Of a stretch of 64,000 nt of DNA, positions 38,828 to 48,638 are shown piece by piece (positions within the stretch are counted from its first letter, which is position 1; the number at the start of each line of letters is the position of its first letter). The DNA is from Leptonemataceae bacterium (GTDB taxonomy: Bacteria; Spirochaetota; Leptospiria; Leptospirales; Leptonemataceae): positions 5,152,001 to 5,216,000 of the forward strand of contig OZ245742.1 in assembly GCA_965227295.1 (NCBI GenBank), in the 5' to 3' direction. Position numbers and translations under genes: made by a program. Under the pieces are notes generated by a model. It did no database searches and was not told where the DNA came from. It saw only the letters and a program-made list of their open reading frames with translations.

Positions 38828-39775
38828 ATGCAGAAGATAGATGTCAGATCCCTGACGATGGATCAGGTAGAATTCGATCGCTTCGAGGATCTGGAAACCG
38901 AGCTCGATCTGGGACCGCTGGAAATGAAGCGACAGGTCTCCGAGGATTTCGACGATCTTGTCGCCCAGCAGAAGTATCGGTCCGGAAAACTTTATGATCT
39001 AACAAAACTACGACTAATGATGAAAGTGGGTGGTCATCTGCGCCTGACCAATACCTACAGTGGTCCCCGGGACGAGGGCTATCATAAGCGCATCGGCCTG
39101 CTGGTGCGCAAGGGTGGTTTCTCGAACGTTCAGATTCAGACCCCGAATGGCCCCGACGGTCCGGAAATCATCGAGGGCGTACGCCGGCCGCCGTTTGAGA
39201 AAAAACTGCGGTTCAATCTTCGGCTCATCGAGATGATCAAACCCGCGGAGATCGAGTTCGCACACACCTTCGCGAAAAAAGTATACTATAACCTCGACTA
39301 CAATTACGATGTTGACGTGGCCCGCCAGTTCGATCTGCACTCGGATGTGCTGGCGGTGATCGACAGCGGCGGCAACTTCCTGAGCCTCGGCCGCGGCACG
39401 CACACCGTGCCGGGTTACTATATTCCATGTATGTACGCCGTGGACGAACGCGGCGAACATCCGATCATGCCGGACGACATCCATTCCTACGCCGAGGTTA
39501 TGGCGATCCATCAGGAAGGTAAGCTGGGAGTCATCGCCTACAAGCACCTCATGGAAGGATTGTTTCAATTCGCGGACGAAGTTTACGGCATGGACTGCGC
39601 CTGGACCACGGTGGACGTGAACGATACATACATGGGTTTGTACTACAAAACCCGCTATCGCATGAAGGAGTACGGCTCCACGTTGACCTACCGGGATTTC
39701 GGCGGGAACTGGATTCTTCTGTATACGCGACAGATTCATGAGCTGGGAACGAACCCGAAGAAAATATTCGGCTGA
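38828..39775 (+). CDS. Uncharacterised protein, paralogue A (methyltransferase-like N-terminal remnant plus putative GNAT/acyl-synthase fold)
   Basis: Full-length similarity to 42200-43126 (GPL, LY(D/E)L..(L/V)RL...GG.L, FAK..(Y/F)Y, RQF...SD, EGK.GV.AYK.LM, YYK, LTY). The fold call is by eye. Confidence 0.7.
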   Translation: MQKIDVRSLTMDQVEFDRFEDLETELDLGPLEMKRQVSEDFDDLVAQQKYRSGKLYDLTKLRLMMKVGGHLRLTNTYSGPRDEGYHKRIGLLVRKGGFSNVQIQTPNGPDGPEIIEGVRRPPFEKKLRFNLRLIEMIKPAEIEFAHTFAKKVYYNLDYNYDVDVARQFDLHSDVLAVIDSGGNFLSLGRGTHTVPGYYIPCMYAVDERGEHPIMPDDIHSYAEVMAIHQEGKLGVIAYKHLMEGLFQFADEVYGMDCAWTTVDVNDTYMGLYYKTRYRMKEYGSTLTYRDFGGNWILLYTRQIHELGTNPKKIFG

Positions 39776-39827
39776 GTCCGCTTGACGCTTCCTGTTTGGA
39801 AACGCAATCTGACGGCCGTTCGAATCT

Positions 39828-41213
39828 ATGGGAGAAGCGGAGACACAGGGCCTGCGCCACATTTTTCGGCTGAACCAGGCGCGGACCATCCAGCGCATCA
39901 ACCGATACGCGATACCGATCTACGTTGTGCTCACCGCCTACCTGGCGTACTACTCGGACCCGCTGAACTTCGAGGAGTACCGGGACGCCATGCTCCCCGG
40001 GCGTATCGTTTCGCTGATCCTCGCCGCGGTGGCCATGGTGGCGAGTTACATCCCCCGGGCCGATTCCCGGGGGGAGTTCTTCGGCTTCCTGTGGGTCTTC
40101 GGCACGTCACTGATGGCGGCGCATCTCTCTGCCGCCATGAACAACCACAGCTCGGCGCAGACGTTGTGGATTCTCAACAATATCATCGGCCTCGGCCTGT
40201 ATCCGACGCCGTTCCGGTATTCACTGCTTACATTCGTTGTATCGTTTGCGCACTATTTTTACGCTTTCTTTTATTTATACGAGTACACGCCGAACACGGA
40301 CTTCCAGATGACCTTGATCAACTGCGGGGCGTCCGGCGTATTGGCCCTGGTCCTGAAATACGTCGTGCGCAGTAGCGCCCAGAAGGAACTCTTCGCCCGC
40401 CTTAAACTCGAACAGGCCAACGAAAAAATCGCCACGCTGAACGAACAGCTAAAGGATGAAAACGTTCGCATGGCCGCGGAGCTGGACGTCGCCCGGCGTA
40501 TTCAGCACATCGTCCTGCCCGACGAGGACGAGTATCGGATCTTCGGCGACCTGGACATCGCCTGTACCATGGTCGCCGCCGACGAAGTGGGCGGCGACTA
40601 CTATGACGTACTCTACTTCGAACCCGACGGCATCATCGCCATTGGCGACGTCACCGGTCACGGTCTCAACTCCGGCATTATCATGATGATGGTGCACACC
40701 GCACTGCGAGCGCTCAGCGAAATTGAACGCCAGGACATCGTGACCCTGTACAGCGTGATCAACCGGGTGCTCTACGATTTCCGCATCAAGACGGATGACA
40801 CGCGCATCATGACCCTGGCGCTGCTGCGCTACCTGGGAGACGGAAAGTTTCAGATGACCGGAGAGCATGAGAGCTTCCTGCGCTTCCGGAGTAACGGGGA
40901 GTTCGAAAAGGTGCCGGTGGAGTTCGGCATGTATGCCGGCCTGGAGCGCGAAATCGATAAACATCTGAAAGTGCATGAATTTCAGGTGCAGGCCGGGGAA
41001 ACCCTCATCCTCTACACGGACGGAGTGACGGAGGCCGTGGACGGCGAGGAGAACGAGTTCGGCGAGGAAGGAATTACGAATGCGGCGAGGCCTTTTCTAC
41101 AGGAAAGCTCCCGCCGCGTACGTGACGGAATCATAATGGCGTGCCGCGACCATACCGCGGGCACGCTGTACGACGACTACTCCCTGGTCGTAATCCAGCG
41201 CAAACGGGCGTAA
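39828..41213 (+). CDS. Membrane-bound SpoIIE/RsbU-like PP2C phosphatase
   Basis: About 6 TM segments and a coiled coil, then VGGDYYD, IGDVTGHG, LYTDGVTEA and DDYSLVV. Confidence 0.93.
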   Translation: MGEAETQGLRHIFRLNQARTIQRINRYAIPIYVVLTAYLAYYSDPLNFEEYRDAMLPGRIVSLILAAVAMVASYIPRADSRGEFFGFLWVFGTSLMAAHLSAAMNNHSSAQTLWILNNIIGLGLYPTPFRYSLLTFVVSFAHYFYAFFYLYEYTPNTDFQMTLINCGASGVLALVLKYVVRSSAQKELFARLKLEQANEKIATLNEQLKDENVRMAAELDVARRIQHIVLPDEDEYRIFGDLDIACTMVAADEVGGDYYDVLYFEPDGIIAIGDVTGHGLNSGIIMMMVHTALRALSEIERQDIVTLYSVINRVLYDFRIKTDDTRIMTLALLRYLGDGKFQMTGEHESFLRFRSNGEFEKVPVEFGMYAGLEREIDKHLKVHEFQVQAGETLILYTDGVTEAVDGEENEFGEEGITNAARPFLQESSRRVRDGIIMACRDHTAGTLYDDYSLVVIQRKRA

Positions 41214-41242
41214 GCGCGGACGGCACGGGGACGAGGACGATT

Positions 41243-41797
41243 ATGGACAGCCATATCAGCACAGATGATATCGAACATATCGGCGACGTGATCGACGTCG
41301 AGGACGGGACTGAGAATCTCTTCGTCCTCTCCTTTCTACCGCTGGATATCTTCGACAATTGGGATCGCTGCGGGGACATCGCGGATTTCATTGCACGTTA
41401 CTTTCACTATAACTTCAAGACACCGGCTTCGCAGAGCGTAATCTCCACGGTGATCAATGAACTCGCGGAGAACGCCGTAAAGTACTCCCGCAACAAATCC
41501 TCACCAATCCGTATCGAGGCCCGCAAGCGCCAGGACCGGCTGATCCTGCGGATACTCAATTCCATCCCGCGCAACCAGCGCGAGCATTTCACGGCCGTTT
41601 GCCGCGAACTCTTCGATATGGATCTGGAAACCCTGTACCTGGACAAGCTGACCCAGGGAAAAGATGACCGTTCCTTCTCCGGAATCGGCCTGATTCTGCT
41701 CAAAAAAGATTATGACGCATTGATTGGGTTTGATTTTCGAGCCACTCCTGAAAATACATTGATAGTGGAAATCACGCTGGAACTGTGCGTAAATTAG
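41243..41797 (+). CDS. RsbW/SiaB-like (Slr1658-type) HATPase Ser kinase, copy 1
   Basis: N-box INELAENAVKYS and G-box SGIGLILL. Confidence 0.8.
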   Translation: MDSHISTDDIEHIGDVIDVEDGTENLFVLSFLPLDIFDNWDRCGDIADFIARYFHYNFKTPASQSVISTVINELAENAVKYSRNKSSPIRIEARKRQDRLILRILNSIPRNQREHFTAVCRELFDMDLETLYLDKLTQGKDDRSFSGIGLILLKKDYDALIGFDFRATPENTLIVEITLELCVN

Positions 41798-41805
41798 GGA
41801 TCTGC

Positions 41806-42150
41806 ATGAAGCTGGAACATGAAAATTACTCGGCCGAGCTGATTGACAATCACACCGTAAAACTCAGAGGGACGTTCCGCCTCCAGGGCAAGGACCACTA
41901 TATGGAGATCATGGGTCTGCTGGAAGACGCCATCAAACTGGCCGACGGTACGCTCACCATCGATATGACCGACCTGAATTTTCTCAACAGCTCGGGCATC
42001 TCTTCACTGAGTATCTTTATCATCCAGGCGCGCGAGGCCGGTCACAAGAAAATCCGCATCATCGGCTCCAGCCGACACTCCTGGCAGGCCAAATCCCTGA
42101 AGAATTTCCAGAAACTCTGGCGCAGCATCGAAATCGAAGTTCGCGACTAA
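41806..42150 (+). CDS. STAS anti-anti-sigma-like protein (Slr1659-type)
   Basis: LRGTFRL, DMTDLNFLNSSGI (phospho-Ser site) and WQAKSLKNF. Confidence 0.85.
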   Translation: MKLEHENYSAELIDNHTVKLRGTFRLQGKDHYMEIMGLLEDAIKLADGTLTIDMTDLNFLNSSGISSLSIFIIQAREAGHKKIRIIGSSRHSWQAKSLKNFQKLWRSIEIEVRD

Positions 42151-42199
42151 TTTTACTTTTCTCCAGATTCGCCTGTGGGGGCCTGTCCGTACCGCCCCC

Positions 42200-43126
42200 A
42201 TGCAAGAATTGAATCTCCGTGACATTGTCGCCGAAACGGCGCGAAACTCCATAGAGGAGGCCGCCCTGGAACTTGCCCCCGGGCCGCTGAATTTCGACAC
42301 CGCCCCGGACGGGGACTGGAACGACCTGCTCGAACGCGATCAATTCCGTCACGGCCTGCTTTACGAGCTTAAACGCGTCCGCCTGCTGCTTCGTGAAGGG
42401 GGGCGGCTACAGATCCGCCTGAGGCGCCCGGATGATTGTCATGAACACTACGCCCGTAACTTTGACGCCGTGCTCGTGAAAGCCGGGTTCACCACGGTGT
42501 CGTTTCGTGAGGATATCGTGGAGACCCGGAAGCGCCCGTTGATTCACGTCGGCCCTCTCGAACACCGGCTCTTTGTGCGCGAGCTGGAGCAGCCCGAAGC
42601 AATTCAGGCCTGTCACGACTTCGCAAAAGAAATCTTCTACTATAAAGATCTGATTTACGATACGGAAATCCGCCGGCAGTTCAATCCCAACTCAGATTAT
42701 TTCGGTGTTTTTGATGAAAACGGTGAAATGCTGAGCATGCTCGCCGCAACGTCCCGCCTGCCCGAGTATTTCTGCCCCTTTCAGTACTGCGAAACTGCCG
42801 ACGGTACCCGGCCGGCCATCCGCGCGGACTATCGCCGGGTCGACGAAATCACGATCGCCCATCGCGAAGGCAAGATCGGAGTTTCGGCCTACAAACTATT
42901 AATGAAAGCATTCTTCAATTTTCTCTGTGATGTTGCGCATCCGGACGCGTTCGTGCTTTGCTGTGAATCGGACGACCGCTTCACGGCGGAGTACTACAAG
43001 AATAAATTTTTAATGACCGAGATCGGCGTACGGTTGACCTATCACAACTCCGGTACTACCTGGAACGTACTGCTCGGTGACCGGCTGGAAGAACTTTGCC
43101 CGAGACGGGCGACTCTCTTCGAATAG
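42200..43126 (+). CDS. Uncharacterised protein, paralogue B of 38828-39775
   Basis: Shares the motifs of paralogue A. ELKRVRLLLREGGRL..LVKAGF resembles the C-terminal half of class I methyltransferases. Confidence 0.7.
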   Translation: MQELNLRDIVAETARNSIEEAALELAPGPLNFDTAPDGDWNDLLERDQFRHGLLYELKRVRLLLREGGRLQIRLRRPDDCHEHYARNFDAVLVKAGFTTVSFREDIVETRKRPLIHVGPLEHRLFVRELEQPEAIQACHDFAKEIFYYKDLIYDTEIRRQFNPNSDYFGVFDENGEMLSMLAATSRLPEYFCPFQYCETADGTRPAIRADYRRVDEITIAHREGKIGVSAYKLLMKAFFNFLCDVAHPDAFVLCCESDDRFTAEYYKNKFLMTEIGVRLTYHNSGTTWNVLLGDRLEELCPRRATLFE

Positions 43127-43173
43127 GTCCCGAGGATGCGGTACTCCGGATCGCACCGGAGCGGGAACCCAAT

Positions 43174-43734
43174 ATGAACAGCGGTCAATCAGATACGGCC
43201 CGAATCGACGAGCACCTCGGTGACAGCATCGACATGGAGCAGGACACGGAAAACCTGTTCACGCTCTCCTTTCTGCCGTTGGACATCTTCGATCACTGGG
43301 ACCGCTGCGGGGACATCGCCGATTTTGTAGCGCGCTTCTTCCGTTACAGCTTTGCCGCCCACTCCAGTTACAATATCATTTCCACCGTCGTCAATGAACT
43401 CACCGAAAACGCGGTGAAGTATTCGCGCAACAAATCTTCGCCTATCTATCTGGAAGCCCGTAAGCGCGGCGAACAACTAATCATCTCCATGACCAACGCC
43501 CTGCCGCGCAATCAACGGGAACACTTTGCAGCTGTGGGTCGGGAGTTATTCGAGAAAGACCTGGAACAGCTCTATCTGGAAAAACTCACAATCGGGAAGG
43601 ACGATCGCTCCTTTTCCGGAATCGGCCTGGTCTTACTGAAAAAAGACTATGATGTCTCCCTCAGCATGGACTTCCTCGTCAACGGAGCGGGTGATCTGCT
43701 CGTCTGCATCACCATAGAGCTGGACACTTTCTAA
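43174..43734 (+). CDS. RsbW/SiaB-like (Slr1658-type) HATPase Ser kinase, copy 2
   Basis: Highly similar to 41243-41797 (LSFLPLDIFDxWDRCGDIADF, NELxENAVKYSRNKSSPI, GKDDRSFSGIGL). Confidence 0.8.
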   Translation: MNSGQSDTARIDEHLGDSIDMEQDTENLFTLSFLPLDIFDHWDRCGDIADFVARFFRYSFAAHSSYNIISTVVNELTENAVKYSRNKSSPIYLEARKRGEQLIISMTNALPRNQREHFAAVGRELFEKDLEQLYLEKLTIGKDDRSFSGIGLVLLKKDYDVSLSMDFLVNGAGDLLVCITIELDTF

Positions 43735-43836
43735 GGTCACCAACAGAAAGAAAGAACGAGGCGGCTAAAAAAACGCGGCACGTTCGGCAGAATCTGTGCC
43801 CTCTTCCTTTGTAGCTATCTACACAGGAGAGACTCC

Positions 43837-44442
43837 ATGATCCCCGGCCCCACCCGTTACCAACCGCAGCTAATGTTCAGTCGCCGCCCGCACATCCGTG
43901 GGCAACGAGAGTCGCCGTGCACGTTGTTGATCCCTGGACAGTATGTGGCCGACCTGGAGGACCGATTACGTAACCGCGACTGCGGCCTCAGCCGTTACGT
44001 GCGGCTCCTCGTGCGACGCTATCGGCCGGTCTGCCTCCAACATGGATTACCGCAGGCCGGTGGTCTCAAACGTTGTTATCAATCTCCAGGCAATTCCCTG
44101 CTCAAGAAGTCCTGTCGGATTGACGCCGAAACCTGGGCCGAACTCGGCCAGATTGCAGCGTTTTTCGGTATGTCGAGATGTCTGGTTTTCGTTTGGTTGT
44201 TGAAGCTCGATCTCGCAGGGGGGCATGATACATTTGCCGGAGTTCCTACAAATGCGCTGGAGAGCTATGATTGCGATTACCCATCCTGCATAGAATTAAC
44301 CGAAAGAGTATACCCGTGGCAGAACCATATCGAAAGAAGGCTGAGATTGAAGCCGCGCCGACGAAAACATCTACCGTGGGATCTGGAGTTCAGCTATTTT
44401 GGAATCCGACGCCCCTCTCGGACAGGTCAAACGCGCAGATAG
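43837..44442 (+). CDS. DUF1564-like (Leptospira-type) protein
   Basis: TLLIP, YQSPG and WAELGQIAAFFGMSRCLVFVWLLKLD motifs; AGGAGA RBS. Confidence 0.75.
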   Translation: MIPGPTRYQPQLMFSRRPHIRGQRESPCTLLIPGQYVADLEDRLRNRDCGLSRYVRLLVRRYRPVCLQHGLPQAGGLKRCYQSPGNSLLKKSCRIDAETWAELGQIAAFFGMSRCLVFVWLLKLDLAGGHDTFAGVPTNALESYDCDYPSCIELTERVYPWQNHIERRLRLKPRRRKHLPWDLEFSYFGIRRPSRTGQTRR

Positions 44443-44454
44443 GCGCAAGCCAGT

Positions 44455-47034
44455 CTATCCGCATAGCTTTGTGATCTGCACCTGCGTATTCCAGGTATCC
44501 GGAGGCAGTTGCAGATATACTCCGAGCAAATCCGCAACGGAAATAGCACCCAGTGCCGGCGGATCGATTTCAAATTCAACGCGCTGCGCATCGAGGTGAA
44601 CAGCGGATAATGCGAGACCAAGGCGGCGTTCCACGGTTTTCATGTTGCTCTGTCCGCGCGCCAGCTTCTTGAGCTTTTTCTTCTTTCGCTCGCGCTTCTC
44701 AAAGACAATCGTTGCCGGAGCTTCCATCAGCCGACGCGCAATTTCCTCCGCCTGTGCTGCCCCGGAAAAAATCAGACGATATTTCTTGCGGCTCTCGTTC
44801 ACCTCCCGGGGCTTCGGCAGATGTTCGACAAATTTCAGCGAACGTAATTCCAGACCTGGCGGCAAATGATGTAGGAACTCCTTCCGTAGAGTCTCCAGAT
44901 CCACATCATCCGCCGCTTGAAAAAGCTCCACGAACAGCGTCTCCGACTCCGAAGCAAAGAACAATGGCAGCGAATCGAAGAAGTGAAACTTCTCCCGCTT
45001 GTTGAAGCCCTGGGTAAATGTCATGGGCAGCCCCAAACGCCGGCAGGCCTTACGCAGGACCTCCGCCGTTTCCAGATGCGAAACATAGATGAACGGATCC
45101 AGCTTCGCGAACTCAATGGCCAGCAGCGACTTCGTAACGAATTTATGCTCCGGAATCGTCACCGGCTGTAGGAGCTCCGGCGGAAAGTCCGACGGCACCA
45201 GTTCCTGCGGATGCGGCGGATTCATGTTGTCTTCATTGATGCTTTCGAACTTCTGAAAGTCCCGGCTCAGGATCTCCAGAGACGCACCACGGCCCTCGAT
45301 GAGATCATGCCAGGGCACCGCACTACCGCCGGGCTTCGCCTCCATCCAGAGAACACGTGTTTCTTCCGGTAGCTCCGCGAAGATCCCGTCCCACACGTCC
45401 GGGCGATAGCCGTCGTCCCAGGAATCGAAACGCGCGCCGCGGCGATACGCTTCCAGAATCAGACGACCGGCCCGGTGATCACTCCTGGACAGCAGTCCTT
45501 CCAAATACGCCATCCCCGGCTCCGGTCCCTTCAATGAAACTCGTTTACTGGTCAGACCGGCACGAATCCGACGCAGGCCGTCCTGGAAGTACTCCGGCGT
45601 CGCCTGTTTCTCCCACTGAAACGTCGTAAACGGTTTCGGCACAAACAACGACACGGTCACATTTACTTTCTTGCGCGGCCCGCATTCCTCGGCCAGGCGA
45701 CCGAGATCGTTCAACGCGCGGATTAAGTCCTCCACTTCGCGACCGTCGCGATCGGGTAAACCCATCATGAAATAAACTTTGACCAGGTCCCAGCCGCGAC
45801 CGAACACCTGGCGAATCAAATAGTGCAGGTTTTCTTCGGATGATTTTTTACGAATGCGTTCGCGTTGCAGCTCACCACCGGCTTCCAGGGCGAACGTAAT
45901 GTTCGAGCGCCGGATGCCCGAGGTCATCTCCAGCACCGGAATGGTTTTGACCTGCACACGCAAACTCGGCAGCGACAGCGACACGCCGTCCGGCCCGTAT
46001 GCGTTCGCCATGTCGACGACGAGTTCTTCCAGCCACGGATAGTCCGCGATCGAAAGGCTGTGCAGTGAGATCGAATCATGACCGGTACGCTTGAGCAGAT
46101 CGCCGGCGGTCTTCACAAGTGTGGCAACCTCGGAGTTTCGCACAGGACGTTTCCAGAACCCGGCATGACAGAATCGGCAACCCTGGCCGCAGCCCCGGGC
46201 CACCTCCACCACCACGCGGTCCTGCGTGATCTCGATGTTCGGCACGATGACGTTTTGACTCGCGGCGAAATTCAGCGAGCGGTAGTTGCGTTTGTTGATT
46301 TGTTTACCGGAGTAGAGCGGATATTCGCCGCCGCCCCGCTCGCTGATATCATAAAACGCCGGTAACATCAAGCCTTCGACTTCGCGCAGGTCTTCGAGAA
46401 TTTCATCGCGGCTCTTGCCCGCGCGTTTGCCCGCGGCAATCACTTCGCAGATCTCCACCAGGCCTTCTTCGCCGTCGCCGAAGAACACACCGTCCATGAA
46501 ATCGAACAGCGGCAGCGGATTCGACACCGCCGTCCCGCCGGTAATGATAAAGGGATCCTGCGACCCACGCTCGCTCTGCAAGATGGGAATGCCGGCCAGG
46601 TCCAGAGCATAGCAGAGGTTCGTGTAGTGCAACTCGTGGGCGGTGTTAAAGCCCCAGACATCGAAGGACTTCACCGCCAGAAAACGATCGAGAGAATAGA
46701 GCGGAATGCCGGCGGCCTGCAATTCATCGCCGAAGTCCGACCAGGGCAGATACGCGCGGTCTGCGTAGAACTCATCACGCCGATTGACATGATCGTAGAG
46801 CAGCTTCAGGCCCTCATTGGACATCCCGAGTTCGTAGGTGTCCGGATAGGACAGCACGACGCGGACCTCCGCCCGGTGCGGATCTTTTTCGGGAATGCCG
46901 AACTCGCCGCCGACGTAACGTCCAGGCTTCTCCACGCGCTGCAACAACGGTCGCACGGCGGCGCGATCGACGAACTGCAGCTCGGGAGCAAACGCAACGC
47001 GATTGCGGGGAACAGACGGACTTTGAACGGACAT
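44455..47034 (-). CDS. B12-binding-type radical SAM protein (TIGR03960-like) fused to a TIGR03936/DUF2344-like domain
   Basis: VEKPGRYVGGE, YPDTYELGMSN, CGQGCRFC and FVPKPFTTFQW; C-terminal YVSHLE..FTQGFN. Confidence 0.9.
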   Translation of the reverse strand: MSVQSPSVPRNRVAFAPELQFVDRAAVRPLLQRVEKPGRYVGGEFGIPEKDPHRAEVRVVLSYPDTYELGMSNEGLKLLYDHVNRRDEFYADRAYLPWSDFGDELQAAGIPLYSLDRFLAVKSFDVWGFNTAHELHYTNLCYALDLAGIPILQSERGSQDPFIITGGTAVSNPLPLFDFMDGVFFGDGEEGLVEICEVIAAGKRAGKSRDEILEDLREVEGLMLPAFYDISERGGGEYPLYSGKQINKRNYRSLNFAASQNVIVPNIEITQDRVVVEVARGCGQGCRFCHAGFWKRPVRNSEVATLVKTAGDLLKRTGHDSISLHSLSIADYPWLEELVVDMANAYGPDGVSLSLPSLRVQVKTIPVLEMTSGIRRSNITFALEAGGELQRERIRKKSSEENLHYLIRQVFGRGWDLVKVYFMMGLPDRDGREVEDLIRALNDLGRLAEECGPRKKVNVTVSLFVPKPFTTFQWEKQATPEYFQDGLRRIRAGLTSKRVSLKGPEPGMAYLEGLLSRSDHRAGRLILEAYRRGARFDSWDDGYRPDVWDGIFAELPEETRVLWMEAKPGGSAVPWHDLIEGRGASLEILSRDFQKFESINEDNMNPPHPQELVPSDFPPELLQPVTIPEHKFVTKSLLAIEFAKLDPFIYVSHLETAEVLRKACRRLGLPMTFTQGFNKREKFHFFDSLPLFFASESETLFVELFQAADDVDLETLRKEFLHHLPPGLELRSLKFVEHLPKPREVNESRKKYRLIFSGAAQAEEIARRLMEAPATIVFEKRERKKKKLKKLARGQSNMKTVERRLGLALSAVHLDAQRVEFEIDPPALGAISVADLLGVYLQLPPDTWNTQVQITKLCG

Positions 47035-47176
47035 ACGCTCAGGAAATCCAGACCCGGCGCGTTTTACACGCAAAAAATCATGCACGGGCCGCACGGATCC
47101 GCCGGCCGCGTGACGGAGTTCCTACCGGGTCGGTATTCTTACCGGGTCCCTGCCCCAACTGGTCATGTCGGTGTTC

Positions 47177-48571
47177 CTACCGAACCACCGTCAAACCGGA
47201 GCCGTCGAGGTTCACGAGCAGGATCGCCTCCAGCGTCAGACGATAGGGCCGGCGCGTGTAGTCCGTCCTGGTCAATTCGATTCTCAGCCGCCCGTCGGGG
47301 GTCCACGCATCCCGGCGGTGCAACGGCACACCTAAATCAATCTCGCCCCGCTCTACGATCCGCACCACCGAACCGTCGCCCACATTCACCGCATTGATAT
47401 CCGCAAGCCGCGACTGATACACAATCCGCGAACCGTCGGGGCTCCAGCCCAACGGCGAATCCAGAAACGGTGAGAAGCTGAGAACAGCCAGCTCCGTCTG
47501 CCCGGAACCATCCGCGTTCATAACGTGAAGCCTCGCGGTCGCGTGCAGCGAGGACGAATCCTTGCGAATGAACGCGATCCGCGAACCGTCCGGCGACCAG
47601 ACCGGCGACCAATCTTCCGCGGCGTCGTTCGTAAGATTCGTTACCCCGCTGCCATCCGCGTTGACCACATAGATTTCGCGATCCCCGGACTGACCACTGG
47701 AGACCAGGAACTGCGAACTATCCGGCGACCATACCGGATGCCCGCCGAAAGCAAGCGACGCATTCACGCGATTGTTCCCGTCCGCGTCGACGACGTCGCC
47801 GTCGGCAAAGAGGATCTTCGATCCGTCGGGAGACCACTGCATCGGCGCGTCCCCGTCCAATTGGACCAACGTATTACCGTCAACCGAGGCGAGCCAGTAC
47901 TCATCCTCCTCGTAGAGCCAGCAACCGTTTCCATAGTACGTGTAATAGATGCAAAAAGAATCGGGAAGCTTGAGCCGCTCCCAGTTATAGATCAAGCGGC
48001 TGCTGTCCGGAGACCATTCCATATCCCCGGCCCCGACTCCCGCGGTGCGAGTGTGCAGCGCGATACGATTCGCCGGGTCGTTGACATCGGCCACGTACAC
48101 GGTCCCCTCCGAAATCGGCGGCAGTGCGCGGAGGTCGCTGTGCCACAGCAGCGGAACGTACTGCGTGTATACGATCTTGTTCCCGTCCGGCGCGAGGGAC
48201 GGATCCGTGCTGTCGTAGCGGTCGTTATCGTACGTAAAACGCAGCCTCGTGCCGTCCGGGTAAGATAAATAGATTTCATGATACACTAGCCAGCGCGCTT
48301 CGAGTCCGGAGAGGGGATTCCCACGCACACGCGTGGTCTCACGGCTGATCAGTTCATGCCGGGCCGGCAGGGCGAAAACCCGCGTCTCCGCGCCGGCATC
48401 GTAAACGGTGTCCACGGGTTCGATCGGCGGCAGCCCGACTCCGCTGCCTGGATTCAGTATCGCGAGCAACAGATACTCCTCGGTCGTGACCCCGTCATTA
48501 TCCTGAGTGCACGCACCCATCACTAATGCGAACACAGCAATACTTAAGAATTTCGCCCTGCAAAAAGACAT
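47177..48571 (-). CDS. TolB-like PD40 beta-propeller lipoprotein
   Basis: Lipobox MGAC; repeated WSPDGS and VNADGS motifs. Confidence 0.85.
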   Translation of the reverse strand: MSFCRAKFLSIAVFALVMGACTQDNDGVTTEEYLLLAILNPGSGVGLPPIEPVDTVYDAGAETRVFALPARHELISRETTRVRGNPLSGLEARWLVYHEIYLSYPDGTRLRFTYDNDRYDSTDPSLAPDGNKIVYTQYVPLLWHSDLRALPPISEGTVYVADVNDPANRIALHTRTAGVGAGDMEWSPDSSRLIYNWERLKLPDSFCIYYTYYGNGCWLYEEDEYWLASVDGNTLVQLDGDAPMQWSPDGSKILFADGDVVDADGNNRVNASLAFGGHPVWSPDSSQFLVSSGQSGDREIYVVNADGSGVTNLTNDAAEDWSPVWSPDGSRIAFIRKDSSSLHATARLHVMNADGSGQTELAVLSFSPFLDSPLGWSPDGSRIVYQSRLADINAVNVGDGSVVRIVERGEIDLGVPLHRRDAWTPDGRLRIELTRTDYTRRPYRLTLEAILLVNLDGSGLTVVR

Positions 48572-48638
48572 AGCTCCCCCACGACCGCTGAACGCGGTTC
48601 ATTCCGGATTGTGATCATTCATTGATTGGCGGAAAAGT

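Noticed and set aside
43785..43801. Possible sigma54 motif upstream of the DUF1564-like gene
   Set aside because: GG-N10-GC spacing is present but the match to TGGCACG/TTGC is poor and expected by chance.
36742..44442. Prophage/ICE or defence island suggested by helicase + ssb + unknown genes
   Set aside because: No integrase, att-like repeat, tRNA, phage structural gene or recognisable nuclease effector.
47119..47148. Short direct repeat ttc(c/t)taccgggtc
   Set aside because: Only two 13-bp copies with no further context; cannot be distinguished from chance or a minor operator.
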